From positions 67,208,001 through 67,272,000 of the forward strand of contig CM060733.1 of the NCBI GenBank assembly GCA_030704615.1: a stretch of 64,000 nucleotides of DNA. Direction: 5' to 3'. Below are positions 24,963-38,339 of the stretch, one piece after another (within the stretch, counting starts at the first letter, position 1; each line of letters begins with the position of its first letter). The position numbers and the translations under genes are program-made. Source of the stretch: Takakia lepidozioides (lineage: Eukaryota > Plantae > Bryophyta). The notes beneath the pieces were generated by a model. That model was given only the letters and a program-made list of their open reading frames with translations. It made no database searches and was not told the origin of the DNA.

Positions 24963-25609
24963 GTTCAGACTTGCACGCCGCCGCCCGAGTGATCCCTTCC
25001 TCCCTCGCGCGGCCTCCTCTGCAGAAACACACAACGGCGGGAGAGTGACTTGCTAGCGGGAGAAGTGCAACGAGACTATCACTCCGTTGGTCGATGCCAA
25101 CAGCAAGGCAGGGATCAACGGATGAAGCGAAAATGGTTCATCCCGGCTTTCCAGGAAATTTTTTGTCTTCTAACATTACGTTCTTTTGGACTAACTTGCT
25201 TGTAATGTGTCCTCTATCCTAAGGTAACCTGCTAGAATTTAGCCTAATCCTAGGCTATCTTACGCATTACAAAAGGAGAAACTCTTATCAGTTCTAGAAT
25301 GTTATAAGTTCATGGTGCCTTGTCCAAATTTTTTGGCATTATGATAAATTTTCAGCCCTAGATGTTATCTTGAAGATTGCCCATTTGGCTGCCACGTAGG
25401 CAGGTCAATGGAGCTCTAACACTGGATTTCCTTAAGCCCTGGCACTTTGCAAAATTCTAGGGAGCAGAGCTTTTATGATTTTTTAGCGCTGTAAATTCCC
25501 ACGTGTGCTCCTCTCTGACATCTACAATTCATCTTCAAGGTTCACTTCCATCCACTATCATCCACGAACTGGAGCCTGGCAAGTAATCTGATTCGGGTCG
25601 CGTCATCCT

Positions 25610-26215
25610 TTAGGGGTTAATGAGCATTTGAATACTTAAAGTATATACCTGACAAACCATTTGTAGATATAGATGCATAAGCGTGCCACCTTTTTCCAAC
25701 GCACACAATCCAAATTTCTTGCAAAAACTTGTCCATCTTTGCAAAAGGCAATCTTCTGCGACATTTGCTCCACCAACACCTATTGTCACGCTAGCTTCCA
25801 GAAATTTGTCCGCTTCTGCATCTGACAAGCTTCCGCCCCTGTTCATTCCGTTTTCTTGCCTAAATCTTCTCTTCATCCTGCGCAACTCCTCTCTTTCGTC
25901 AGGAACGCCATCTCGCTTATAGAAAACCTTCTCCCAATCTTCGTATGCACTCTCCCTGCAACAACCTGTTTCTTCGTTGTTCCATACCACCTGTCACCGT
26001 GCATGCAATCTTAGTACAATCGACACACATCGTTGCCATATCCCAGGTTCACGTCCATCAACCATCCGCCATTTAATACGCATTGCCTACCTATTGTCTT
26101 TTTTTTGGACCCCCTTACAGAACAATTATTTCTTCAAATCCCTCTGTGACAAACTATATATCCCCCCTTTTTAATTCCTGGACCATTCTCTAATGGACAG
26201 GGCCCAAGCAAACTT
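25610..26215 (-). mobile_element. Replitron remnant with truncated HUH endonuclease (ORF 25610-25990)
   Basis: EASVTIGVGGANV...GLCALEKGGTLMHLYLQMV matches the Replitron Rep pattern S.T....G.D/N...ERGG...HLHxQ. The second His is replaced by Tyr and the C-terminal Tyr motif is missing. Confidence 0.7.
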
Positions 26216-26699
26216 GGGGTGCTTCTTTGCCTATGATTGATTGTGACCATGCCCAACTCTGCTAGCTAAGAAAATATGGACACTAGAGAAAGAAGCTCTT
26301 GGCAGGTGGACGACATGGAAGACAAGGACATACACTCTCTTGGAGTGTGATGATCACAGGGTAAGCCCAGCAGGAGTGCGAATGGAAGGGACAGCCGAAG
26401 GTGTGAGCTGATCCAAGGCAATGCAGGAAAACCTATGCCTATAAATGGAGGGCAGCTCATTTCCTAAGGAGTGAGAAGGGGGCTGGTGTGTCGTGGTATG
26501 TGCATCACCTGGCCAAAACAAGGAGAGCATGGGAGAAGTGGAGAAGAATCAGCTACAAGGGAGTGCGTAACAAAAGCACAATCAGACCAGTAGGTATGGA
26601 TCAGCTTCCACTCTGGTGTGGTCACTACGGCTGTGGCTGGCTGGCTGGAATTTACATACATGACTCTCGAGGCTAGAATTATGGAAAACGGCAAGCCAT

Positions 26700-28837
26700 T
26701 TAGGCTGAACCTACTGGTCTGTGTTCACAGTCAGTGCTTTAATTAGGAGGTGACTTGGGATACTGGCTGACATGGAGCTGATTAAGGGAGGAACAGAAGT
26801 CAAGAGGCAGGATGCACACTTGATGGTAGAGCAGAACTTGGGAAAAATATGTGGAACCAAGCAAATGTTAGTAGCAAGGGGTGATCTTGATCACTATACC
26901 GCCACCACACCAATATGTAGGAATCTTAATGTCATCAACAACAACGTGCAAGGGTTGTGTGGTCAAAATTTATTGAGTGAAGAAGAGTTCAGAAATAGGA
27001 AGGTTCAGTTGGACAACCAATGCCATGTAGATGGGCAGGTCACTGCCTTTTGTTCATCCGAGAAGGGTCATATAGAAATACAAAAATAAAGAAATAAAGA
27101 AATACACACATGTGGACACCAATTGGGGATGGGAGGAGTGAGATGTGCGCAATGCAAGACAACGGGGGACAAAGAACCTGAATACAACAAGGGTTCAAAA
27201 CACTCAAGCAAAGGAGGCCATATGACCAATGTAGCAGATGGGAAGGATGACAAGGAGAATAGTATGTTCAGGAGGATGATGGTTGAGTGCACAAGAGACA
27301 TCAACACCATGACAACTTGGGATCAGATGTGAGTCCGCTGAAATCACCAGTTTGTGCCAAAAGCCAGACTGTCTCTTGCGCTCTTGAAATCATAGATGTT
27401 GATGCAAGGATACCTGAATTCCCACACACAGAGCAAAAGGTGGGAGATTTGAGTACCGTTCACCAGAAGGGTCTGAAATCTTTCATGTTTCAACATTCTT
27501 TTTGTGCTTATTTTTTATCTGGAATATAGGGATACCAGCATCAGATTTGGACACTCTTAGAGAGAGGCATCTTGGGATGGAGAAGATGCATAGGGAAGAG
27601 AAAGAGAAGGTTAGCCTTTCTGCTAAGAAGACCCTGGCTGACCTGATATTAACGTTCAGAGATCAGCCAATTAACTGTGATGAAAGAGGGCATGGGACCC
27701 AGGGACACTAAGAGATGGGAGAATGCTCAAAGGCATTGGAGCAAAGGGGCTGCATGCAGTCTTGTGTAGGAGGCAGCTCATGACAGTCCACCTCTTAGTA
27801 GAGACTAATCTGCAGCCTATGGAATGGGAAAGGCAAGGAAGGTTAAGAGGAGCAGATCTAACTAAGGAGTACAGCTTTCGGATGATGAGACAACAAGAGG
27901 ATGAGGGCACGAGCTGTGGGACAGGAGCTGGCAGCTTATCTAATGGGACGCCGGTAAAGGGCTGTCCAATGGAGATCCTCAAGAAGGAGCCACAACTTGG
28001 CTGCATGCCGCCTTTCTTTGACAAGAATGTTGTTGTTGCTGCTATGATTAACAAACATGAGGTTGATGAGGGGAGATCTAGAGGAGCCATGGACTGTGGG
28101 GTGGATGTTGATACAGGTGAAGGGCCACGACAATCAGCTGCTGAGAAGCAATGGAGGCTGATCCATGCGCCAGAGCTCTTGAGGATAGCTGATGCTAACT
28201 GTCCATCCTGCAGCAAGGGAGCGGGGCACCAAGTAAGGGAGTACCAGCCAAGCATCTTGGGAAGGGAACAATGGAAGGACCGGTCTACGCCCACCAAGGC
28301 TGTACTGTTACAAGCTGCAAACAGGTGGGGTGGAGGATTGGAGTCACTAAGTGATCACAGCCAACCTACTCCAGTCAGCCAACCTACTCCAGTGAAGGAG
28401 GAGACAGCTCCAGACTTTGATCTGACTCGGGAGAAAGGATCACAAACATGTTGCAACAGAAGATCCAGTACTTCCTGGCTGAGTTGAAAATTAGCTTGCG
28501 CAAGCATGTAAACAGGGGACAGAGGCAGCCAGCTAAGGATGATGAGAAGAGGAAGCATGCAAGAAATGACTACTGTAAGTTGGAGATAGTCTATTCCAAG
28601 GTGATGCTCAAGCCTAGCAAGAAATCAGCCATGGTCTGTCATTGGGAAGGGCATTGTGAATTCATGGGGTACAAGAAGATGGAGGGAATACCTAAAAATG
28701 GAGAAGCTGGATGCCGGTGCAAGCTGAAGGATGGAGCAGGGAAGGAGTGGGTCAGAAGCAGAAGAGACCCAAAGCTGTTTGTACCAAGTAAGAGTGGGCA
28801 GCCAGTGGACATGGTCAGTGAGGACCCTGACACTTAA
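26700..28837 (+). pseudogene. Highly degenerate, internally deleted Ty3/gypsy-like gag-pol remnant
   Basis: Decayed Cys/His knuckle-like segments (CAQCKTTG, FCSSEKGHIE) and an integrase-tail-like WEGHCEFMGY...CKLKDGAGKEWVRSRRD, followed by TGTAGTG. No RT core seen. Confidence 0.35.
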
Positions 28838-28857
28838 AAATGGAGACACGCCACATA

Positions 28858-31085
28858 TGTAGTGTGAATGTGTGGGGGGTTACACCATCCCATCTGCATA
28901 AAAATCGTAATTTTCCACAAGACAAACAAGAAAAAGAAATTTAGTGGTTGCAGGATGGAAATCATCCACTGCGTTCGTAACCTAGGGCATCAAAGAGGGA
29001 GAAATGCAGAAGTGTCGAGAGCAACGCGGTGGAGTGAAGTGCTGGCAGAGATCGAGGCCTGCGGGTGTTATCTGTCTGATGGCACTTATAGCTGATGCTT
29101 GATTTAGCAGTAGTGATGAAGTGGATAAGAGGGGAGTTAGGTCTCCCAGCTAGGTAAACTGTGCTGCTGTAGTAGGTTGATGGTTTTTGTAAACATAGCT
29201 CGCTGGAGGATAGAACCTTAAGGGCGGTGGAGGAGTTGTGCGCCACGACTTGAGGAATTAGCATGAGGAAGGTCGAAGGGAAGGCTGCAGGGGTACTTAC
29301 AGATCTGGAGACTGGCTGTTCAAATCTGTTTGGGCTGACTGTGAACTTTGCTTGAAGCCTAAGTTAGAATCAGTAATAAGAGGGGATAAGGGAGTAAGTA
29401 GTGCAGGCAGCCTGGAATCTGTGCTTCGACCAGAAGCTGCGGTGCCATCATGGAGTTGATGATACGGAAATATCTGGTCTGCTGGCCATTGAATCGTTGG
29501 GGGGCGGTTGAGGATTAGAGCGCCATGACTTCATGAAATCTGGTTTTTGAGGGCACTGACGGCGACAATTGAGATCTGGCTGACAGAAGAGGCGGGGGGA
29601 TGAACCTGGCCGTTAGACCTCCACCGCTTGAGTGAGGGTATAAAATAGCTAAGTGTGATTATGATCATCTTCTTCTACTTGTGATTTCGTTTTAGGATGA
29701 TATGGAGATAGAGAGCTCTCAACCAGACCTGGGGGAGTAGAAAAAGATTGTGAAAATGGAATGAAGTTGAATGGCTTTCGGACCAGACCTGTGGTAGAGA
29801 GAAAAGGGAGTCATAAGACTGTGAAATGAATTGCTGAATGAGAGAGAGAGCCACGGTGCCACCATGGAATGCAGTAAATAGACTTGTATGGCCATTTGTT
29901 CAACTGGAATGAGCCTAGAATGATGAAATGCTGCTGGTCCCCTGTCCTTGAAGAAATGTTATGAGAGAAGGAGGGTTTGTGGTATGCTGCAAGGATGGTA
30001 GCTTGCATCATCTCTGAATTCCATCTTAGAGCAAGAATAAGAATGAAGGGAGTGGGATAGGATGTCCATTACTTAGAAAGGGCAATTCTCAATGTATCAT
30101 GGGTAGGCAGTATTCTTCTCTTAGAGGATGTCAGGCTGCTTAATTGTTCTAGCTCACCATGGAAGCACTGCTGGTCAGGAGTTCACCAACAGATGGGTGG
30201 GCACAAGGCTGGACCTGTAGAGGGAACTTAGATCTAGGGTCTGAGTACCAATTCACTTCATTTCTGCAATGAGGGGAAGGAAAAAAGAGCTGATGTATAG
30301 AAATTAGGGTTCTTACTCTACTGGTTTACAATAGAGTAAGTGGCAACACATATCTCTGCATTAGTACTTAGTCCAAGTGTGGGCCATTGGGGGTACCATT
30401 GATGTGATAATACTGAAGGGGAAATCTGTTCATGAATGGGAGTTAACAATGTGCACTATCTGATTCCCATGATGACATATGTAGATATGAACCAGCTGAA
30501 TATTCAACTCTGAAAATCTGCATTGGCATGTAGTAACAGTATACTGTCAATCACATAGAAGGGCTGGTTAACAGTGAGAAGAGAAAACAACATGGGAGAA
30601 ATCAGAGCTGCCTGGTAAAAGGGAAAAGGGGAGATCATAGTGAGCCAAATGTGTGGAAAGACCCTGAGCTGAAGCTCAACCAGCAAACCAGAGATGATGT
30701 CAAGAAAGATGTTTGAGTGCATACAAAATGTTAACATGGTTCCTGTGGGTCTGCCCTGCAAGCATTAGTAGGTGAATGCCCTTCATAGGCTTGGCTAACC
30801 CTGGCATGGAGCTGTTTGCAACATTGACATCACAAGAGAAACCAGCTGGCATGTGCAATTCTTTGATTACTGAACAGAACAAGTCACAAAGTAGATAAAT
30901 TCCAACCCTTTCCATGTCTTCACTTCTGCTGCGGCGTGGATAAGGGTACCCAACCTCTGGTCATGAACAGTATAGAAGTAATTAACTATGGTGTGAGTCA
31001 TAGGGCAGCCCCGCCTCTCTCTGGGCAATGAATAGTTTAGAGGTTAACTGAAAGGGGTTTTATCCCCCTTCTTTTTCACACTACA
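28858..31085 (+). repeat. Putative LTR bounded by 11-bp inverted ends, possibly carrying an internal insertion
   Basis: TGTAGTGTGAA (28858-28868) and TTCACACTACA (31075-31085), directly after the pol-like remnant. Confidence 0.35.
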
Positions 31086-31199
31086 CCGGCCCGCTTGGTA
31101 ATATGAATACATGCACCATGTCATCTATTAGTATATGTATATGTCTATACATATTTACATATATACACGTCTATTTGGATGGAGTAGGACAGTGGAGGC

Positions 31200-32480
31200 G
31201 CCCTGTGAGGTTTGACATGCACACCATTGACAACTGCAGTGCCGGCCCTATGTCATGGTGATTGAGGATTATACAGGTGGACTGTGTCCTTCAACTTAAC
31301 CTGCACCCAACACCCACCACAAAATGCACATGAATAAGACATGCACCAGCAGATGGTATTGAAAAGTAGATAATGAGTCACGAAAGGGTAGATTTGGTAG
31401 CATAAGAATATCTGTCTTTCTGAGCCTGCAAACATCATGCCCAACACCCCCTAGTAGTCACATTCAGCAATGCAATGATCTAGACATGTAGTACTAAATG
31501 CAATTGTACCCAAGTGATAGCCAATTGGTGCATGGGGGCTCACCTCTAGTACGGAAATTGCAGCAGGAACAGGTGCCTCCTCAAGGCCCACCTGATCCTT
31601 ACTCCCGCCAGAGCTTGGAGCTATGTTACCAATTGCTTCAGTGAATTTCAAAGACTCCTTGGCAGCACTGGCTCTGGTCACACGCTCGGGTTTTCGGGCG
31701 TACTTCTTTTCAGCTCCCTTCACAACGGTTGGGGCAAGCTCCTCTGCTTTTCTCCCCTTTTTACATGCCAGAAACAATATGGTATAGTACATGAGTACTT
31801 ACCATACATGTTCACAATGTATTTATGGCAGCAAGGATGTCACGCACATCAATGCGGAGATCGTACACGAATCTAACAGTGTCACAAACAAAAAGCCAAA
31901 GAGCCACAGAACAAGATAAAGTCTTTGAATAGGTACCTCTTTCTGTGGGGAAGTTGCCTTCACAGGAATATGGACATTATGATCTGCCAACCCCCTACTA
32001 TCACCCTTACTAGCATTGTCACTGGAGCCGACGTCAGCACCAGATGCCATTGTTGTCCCACCTCCACCTCCCTTCTTACGTAGCAATTTTTCAGACATTC
32101 CCTTGTGCCCCACCCGTACAGTAGTCACCATAGGGTCCTCAATGGAAGACTTTGCCAGTGACTTCAAGAGCTCCTCCCTGCACTCGCAAAACATACCACA
32201 ATAGTACATCTCCCACTGAAGAAACACTCAAGTGATGACAAAAACAAAACATGGGGTGAAGGTGCACAAACCACTTCTTGCATAGAAGTTGCGCCTCCCA
32301 AGCCTGCGTCATCATCCACTGGTTCAATAAGACTACATGTTGGGATAGTAATAAGTGGAGGAGGGGCGGTTGTTGATATTCCCACCATCATTGCCATCAA
32401 TGCATCCAATTTTTTGCTATTGTCTTCAGATATGTAAGACTGTGACAGTAGGCAAACACACACAATTGCTTCCTTTCTCA
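31200..32480 (-). pseudogene. Multi-exon gene remnant of unknown function, probably transposon-associated
   Basis: Protein-like stretches in ORFs 32164, 31823, 31451 and 31253 end at GT donors and alternate with intron-like sequence. Adjacent to the repeat-rich terminus at 32480-33346. Confidence 0.35.
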
Positions 32481-33346
32481 ATCCACTAGTGGTAGATTTA
32501 TCACTTACATATCACAGGAAGAGTGGTATATACTCCTCCAGTTGCATTCATAATCACTTACATACCACAGCTGGAAGGCGATAGCCCTTGTCCAGTGAAG
32601 TGACACCATAAGTTACGCTCCCTTCGGGAGGCGTCATACTTACATACCACTATGGTAGTAATCATTCAAATACATAGTTCCTACTTAGTGGGACATATTA
32701 GATAACTCAGCCAGTGGTTTTAGTGCACAACCTAACCACTAGATCAATACTGGTAGACGACTAATAAACTACTACTAGAGTCATAATTTTTATTCACACC
32801 AGTGAACACTCAATGTGGACGTATCTATAAAACCACATGAAATTACTACAAAATGACCGTGAGAAATGCCATTCACTCAGAGAACCACTCAGTCTGTGAT
32901 ACTATATATTGTTCATTCTCATTTTATGACTAGTTGAGTCATTTAATGCTCACCCACAGAGTTGTTTGTGAAGTCATTACATTTTTCAGTATATCCCTAA
33001 AATAGAAGACCCGTCCACTTGGAATATGGACATGTGTCCATCTATTCAACATCATCGACAAACTAGCTTCGTCCACGTACTCACGGGATCCGGACACGTG
33101 TCCGGATATAGATCAGTATTATCGACAGATTTGTTGCGTCCACGTCGCATACGGTAGAAGTGGTTGGAACCACTATGTTGGGAAGCGGTTAGGTTACCAC
33201 TGTGACACGTCAGAAGTGGTTGCATTACCACTGTGACACGTCAGCAAATAGGTGGACTCGGAGGTAGGTGATGGTAACCACTGGTAACATCTCATGTCTT
33301 TTTACCACTGCCACGTCACGATCCACTGGTTCTTCATCACTCTAGG
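32480..33346 (+). mobile_element. Terminal region of a third element: AGTGGT/ACCACT repeats ending GCCACGTCACG...CTAGG
   Basis: Repeated AGTGGTT-n-ACCACT palindromes. The final motif GCCACGTCACGATCCA...CTCTAGG resembles the termini of copies A and B. Confidence 0.45.
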
Positions 33347-34859
33347 GCCAGAGTGGGGGGTTGCAAATCCATGAGCATGAGCGGTGAGCGCATGAGCATG
33401 AGCAAAGGTTCCCGACCCTCGCCCGGACCTACATAGAACCTAATCAAAGGTGGAGGTCGGCAACCAAAATTGCCGACTTAATGCATCTTTGTAACTATCC
33501 ACGGAAATAGGAGGTGGAACGCCTATGACCGTGGCCTGCAGGTGAGTTGTTGTAGTCGCCACCGACTATAGCACCACCTTCATAATTGACAAGTCCGTAC
33601 GGCGATGTTGGGTGTTATGGTCGCCACCGACTATATCATCCCCAGTCAAAACTGAACCTAAGTTGGACCTGAACTGTTGTGCTTATAACTACATAGTTCA
33701 AAGCTACTTGTTCTTGACATGGACACAGTTGAAGTGTGATTGTCTGTGAGGGAAGGAGTGTGCACATGGAAAGTAAAATATTTGGGCATTGCTGCTGTCA
33801 TGTCATGGCAACGGTCATGACATCGATGAGCAAAATAGTGACCTGATTCATTTGGATAGTTGTCCGAGGTAATTTATGGCTTCAGCAGACCAGGCTCAGC
33901 ACTCCAGCAATTCCAAACCAGGGGAATGTGAAGGGTCGGAGGATGGAAATGATGTGAAGATCATTTAAAAAGTCTGAACATCCACATTGAAGTAAAATTA
34001 TGCGCAACATTCAATTACACCCATATCACTGGACGATATGTTCCACATGATTCAGCTCATCAAAGAAATAACCTTGGTGTTTGCATTCCAAGAAAAACAA
34101 ATGCAATTACCTAACATTCGGACTACCAGGGTCCTCACCATACTCCGACGTTATGTCTTGCAACACCCCATAAACTACTATTGCGGGGGAAGGACCCGGG
34201 AGCAAGTCGAGGCCAAGTCTTAAACTGATCTTTGGGCTAGGAGTCCTCTCCTCACCAACAACCTCGTCAACACAGTCTTCCTCGAAGCCTTCCTCGGTCG
34301 TTGGATCCTTGCTTTTCGATCCCTCTTCTGCAGAATTCTCAAAATAGTTCCGTACCGTTGCAAATTGTGCAGTAGCTCTCACCTGTGCTAGCCATTGTGC
34401 CCGCTGAGACATTCCTGTCGGTTGTTCAGCCTGAGCAAGCGCTGCTGCTGCCGCATAGGGAGGCAGGCCGTACCCTTTCTCCGGAGTAGTTAGCGCAGCA
34501 ACCCGTTCAAGCACTTTGAACCTCTTCTCCCTAGCAACGTCCTCCCTCCCGAAATCCGTGGAAGACCCTGGAATCCCCATGATGGCCTCAGCGGGACGCT
34601 TTGCAATCTGCAAGGGTGGTTCGTAACTGCAATTATGACATAACATATTAGATCATATTTTGCAAGAATGATGATTTAGGGAAATGGGAACATGCAGAAC
34701 ATGTTAACAATGAAGACACTTACATAGAAGTTGGACTTACTCACTCCAGCGATTGTACATGAATCCGAATGTTATCCCTGTCGTCGTTCAACCAGTCAGT
34801 GTCGGCAGCTGTGTTAGTGACAACGGTGGGCACATGTGCCTGCCGCTGCAATTTTTATT

Positions 34860-35115
34860 TTTTAATATCTGCGACCACCAGCATGGGGGTGGTCGCAATA
34901 TTTTTCTGTTTTTTTAATAGGTGCGACCACCATTATGGGGGTGGTTGCAACAAAAAAAAAATTAAAAAAAATTAATAATATTTGTGACTACGAGCATGGA
35001 GGTGGTCGCAGCATTATTTTTTTTTTAATAGGTGCGACCACCAGCAGGGGGGTGGTCGCAGCAATTTTCTGTTTTTTAATATCTGCGACCACCAGCATGA
35101 GGGTGGTCGCAACAG
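34860..35115. repeat. Palindromic TGCGACCACC-n-GGTGGTCGCA array upstream of the hAT-like gene
   Basis: Five units, e.g. TGCGACCACCAGCAGGGGGGTGGTCGCA at about 35033. Confidence 0.9.
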
Positions 35116-35528
35116 TTTTTTTTTTAAAATAACATGTGACTTCCTCGTGCGACCTGGCGTAGCATTGGATTCTGATTCGTCGAGCGTGTGAGGCTTGGAG
35201 GCTGGATGGTATATAAGGTGGTCCCAATGCCTCTCACTTCTTTTGTGGCAAACACTTTTGTGACGAATGAATGTTCTCTATTCCTTGAGCAAGAGTGTAC
35301 GCCCAAGAGGAGGGTGCGGACCGTTTGCTGTTGTGGCTTCCACCAGAGCCACTGCAGCAAATTGTCGAAAAGCACAATACTACATGGTGCATTGATCCAC
35401 TTGGATTGATGTCGTAGTATTGGGCCATCACATTCAATTCTAACTTCTATTGCTCTTGACAAATCTACCAAGTACACTAGTGTTCTTCGTTTAACCTTAA
35501 GTCTGTGGTTAGGGTTTTGGGTGTGAGG

Positions 35529-37965
35529 ATGAGGGAGGAGTGGATTCCTTGGTTCACCGTAGACCCGCACAAAAAGGACGGTGTTCAATGCAATCTATGT
35601 GCATTGAAGCTGGCGGGTCGCAAAGATCGCATGTTATATCACCTCGGCTATAGAGATGGGAAGAATGCAGGGGTTAGTTTGTGCCCAAAAGCCTCTATGC
35701 GAGTGAAAGCCCACTTTGCCCAATGTTGAGGTAATATCCCACCGTCTCTTGATGTGGCCGCGGCTTCTGAGCCAAACACTCCAGGTTCGAATCAAAATGT
35801 CCCTCAGAGTTGTACCCAGGGGGATTCTTGCGAGGCATCTGCTATTCGTGGAGAAGCCGGTGGGTCAGGAGCAACACCCGATTGTACGCCAGCACTTGTA
35901 CGGACCAGACCATTGAGGCAACAATCAATGCAAGAAGGCTTAAATTTGTCGCACAGGAGGACTCTGGATAAGAAGTGGCCCCAATTTTTCTACGAGGCTA
36001 ATATTCCGTTCAATGTCTCGAGGCTTCCTGCATTTGTGGCTGCTGTCAAAGCCACGTCCGATTCCAAGTCCACATACATGCCTCCGAGTTATCGCGATCT
36101 CCGCACAGGATTACTAAAAGAGGCTATGTCTGACCTCACCCAAAAGGTGAATGAAAAGACAAGTGATTCTCTCCGGAAATATGGAAGCACTATATGTGCG
36201 GACGGTTGGAGTTCTGTTACTAATTGACCACTGTTCCATGTCATGCTGGTCTGTCCTGCGGGGGAACAATTTTTGGGATCCGTTGACACAAGCGGGGAGA
36301 GAAAAGATGCACGTTATCAAGCAGGGTTGTTGACGAGTTTCATCGATGAAATTGGAGCTGATAAAATTGTCCAAGTGTGCACGGACAGTGCATCTAACAT
36401 GATTAATATGGCCAATATTTTGATGGTACGATATCCCCATCTATATTACCAAGGGTGTGCTGTCATATCTTTGATCTCCTTTTGGAGGATTGGGGAAAAG
36501 AATCATGGATGAAACAACTAATAAAAATGGCAAAGTCGGTTGTGACGTTCATTCGTACACATCACATCCCTCTGACATTGTTTAGAAAGCATGAACCCAA
36601 ATACAGCCTTAGGAACCCGGATGAAACCCGCTTTGCCACAAACTTTTTGATGGTGGATCGACTTGTGACTGTGAGGGCGGGTCTGGAGCAGGTGATCATT
36701 GACCCTCAATGGGATGCGTATGTGGGCACCTTATGCGACTCTCGTAAGTCCAAGTCTTTGAGCAAAAGTTGGAGGGACCGCGCAATCATTCGCTCCGACA
36801 ATTTCTGGGCGAAATGTGCAAATTTTGTGTACATGGTGGAGCCGGTGTTGATTGCTTTGCGGGAGTTTGATGGAAAACAACCAATAATGGGTAAAACATG
36901 GTTGATATTGGAAAACCTTGAGACGCACGTGCAATCCTTGAGGCGTCCTCCATTTTCTATGGATGATGATTTTGCGGCAAGGACCGAGGATGCATTTTAC
37001 GACCGCAAACGAATGGTTCGCACGGACTTGCATTATGCGGGGGGTATCTGAAGAATCTGCCTCAGAGGTCCAATCTAGCAGCAATGATAACACCGACGCC
37101 GCGAGGAACTCCGACTCCGACGGTTGGGATGGGTCCGCTGATGTGAGCAATCCTCCACATGTCCCATATGAATTTAATGACGATGATGCTGCAATGCATC
37201 CATCCTTCGATGACCTTATTGTTGATGAACTGCGACATGGTGTCATCCCAATTGCGGACCCCATTTCCCCAGTGGAGCACACTCTCAACAATGAAGTTGT
37301 GGTCAACTCTCCCCCACCATGAGTTCCACGTACTACGGGAGATATGCAGGTCGAATCGTCGGATGATGACAACCGGCCGTTGTCATTCCTTCACCGACAT
37401 CGTGCCCCTGTGAACCTTGCTTCATCTCACGCCGCTCCATCTCATGTTTCTCTTTCTCAAGCCGGTCCATCCCATGTTGGTCCATCTAGTTTCTCTCCCC
37501 CTCATGTAATTCCTTCCATCTCTACTGGGAGATGCTTCTTCTGCTGCGAGACTTCTGCAAGTCGAACCATCGGATGACGACGACCGGCCATTGTCGTTTC
37601 ATCTGGTCCGATGACGTCCGCATGTGAACCGTGCTCCCTCGACCTTCACTGATCCATCTCATGCCCCTTCCTCTCATGTCGGCCCCTCTGTGTACGTGCG
37701 AGTAGCCTTCCTCTTACGAGACCTACTCCAATGCCACCACAAAATCCGGAACAAGCCCTGAAACGGCAGAGAATTGTACAACATTTTGTTGATGACCGAC
37801 CTGTGAACATGTCTGATACCCTAGATGGTATTCATGATAAGAGTGGAAATCGACCAGAGAGACAACTGAACGTACTCCGAGGACGACTACAGATCCAACG
37901 GTCAGTTGCCTCTGGAAACGTGGAGATCATGATTCTAGCACTGATCATGGGAACGGGGGTGAAGT
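35529..37965 (+). pseudogene. hAT-family (BED finger + DUF659) transposase pseudogene with internal deletion
   Basis: BED-like CNLC...RMLYHL...CP, FFYEANIPFNV, TICADGWS, VQVCTDSASNM, C..HIFDLLLEDWGK, ETRFATNF. Breaks off at DLHYAG and jumps to an acidic tail. Contains stops and frameshifts. Confidence 0.9.
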
Positions 37966-38339
37966 GAGTGGGGACAAAGATTTTGTACTAGGCGTGAGAT
38001 CAGACCATCGTCGTCGTTCCAGACGGAACTAGGTACAGCTATAACTTTTGTCACGTGATGTGTAGTATGTTTCCATGGATATCCATGTTTCAGTTTGGGT
38101 ACATGCATACGTGTACGAAAATAAAAATGGTGGAATATGTGTACCCAAGAAAGGGTTTGGTGGTTGTGCGTGTGTTTGTGTTTCGTCATTACCTTTACAT
38201 TGTTGATTTCCTATTATGGTTTCGAAAGCCACAAAGGCCAGGTGCAGCTCCCAACATTCATCTTCCCCTTCACAAATCCATGGGGAGTCGATACATGTGC
38301 TTTTCATCTGCCTCTCCAAACATACATATAGGTGCAAGG

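Noticed and set aside
28870-30960. Possible LINE or other coding remnant on the minus strand
   Set aside because: I found no endonuclease or RT motif; left unassigned.
34107-34646. 179-aa minus-strand ORF as a host gene
   Set aside because: It looks like an exon of a TE-associated gene but has no identifiable domain.
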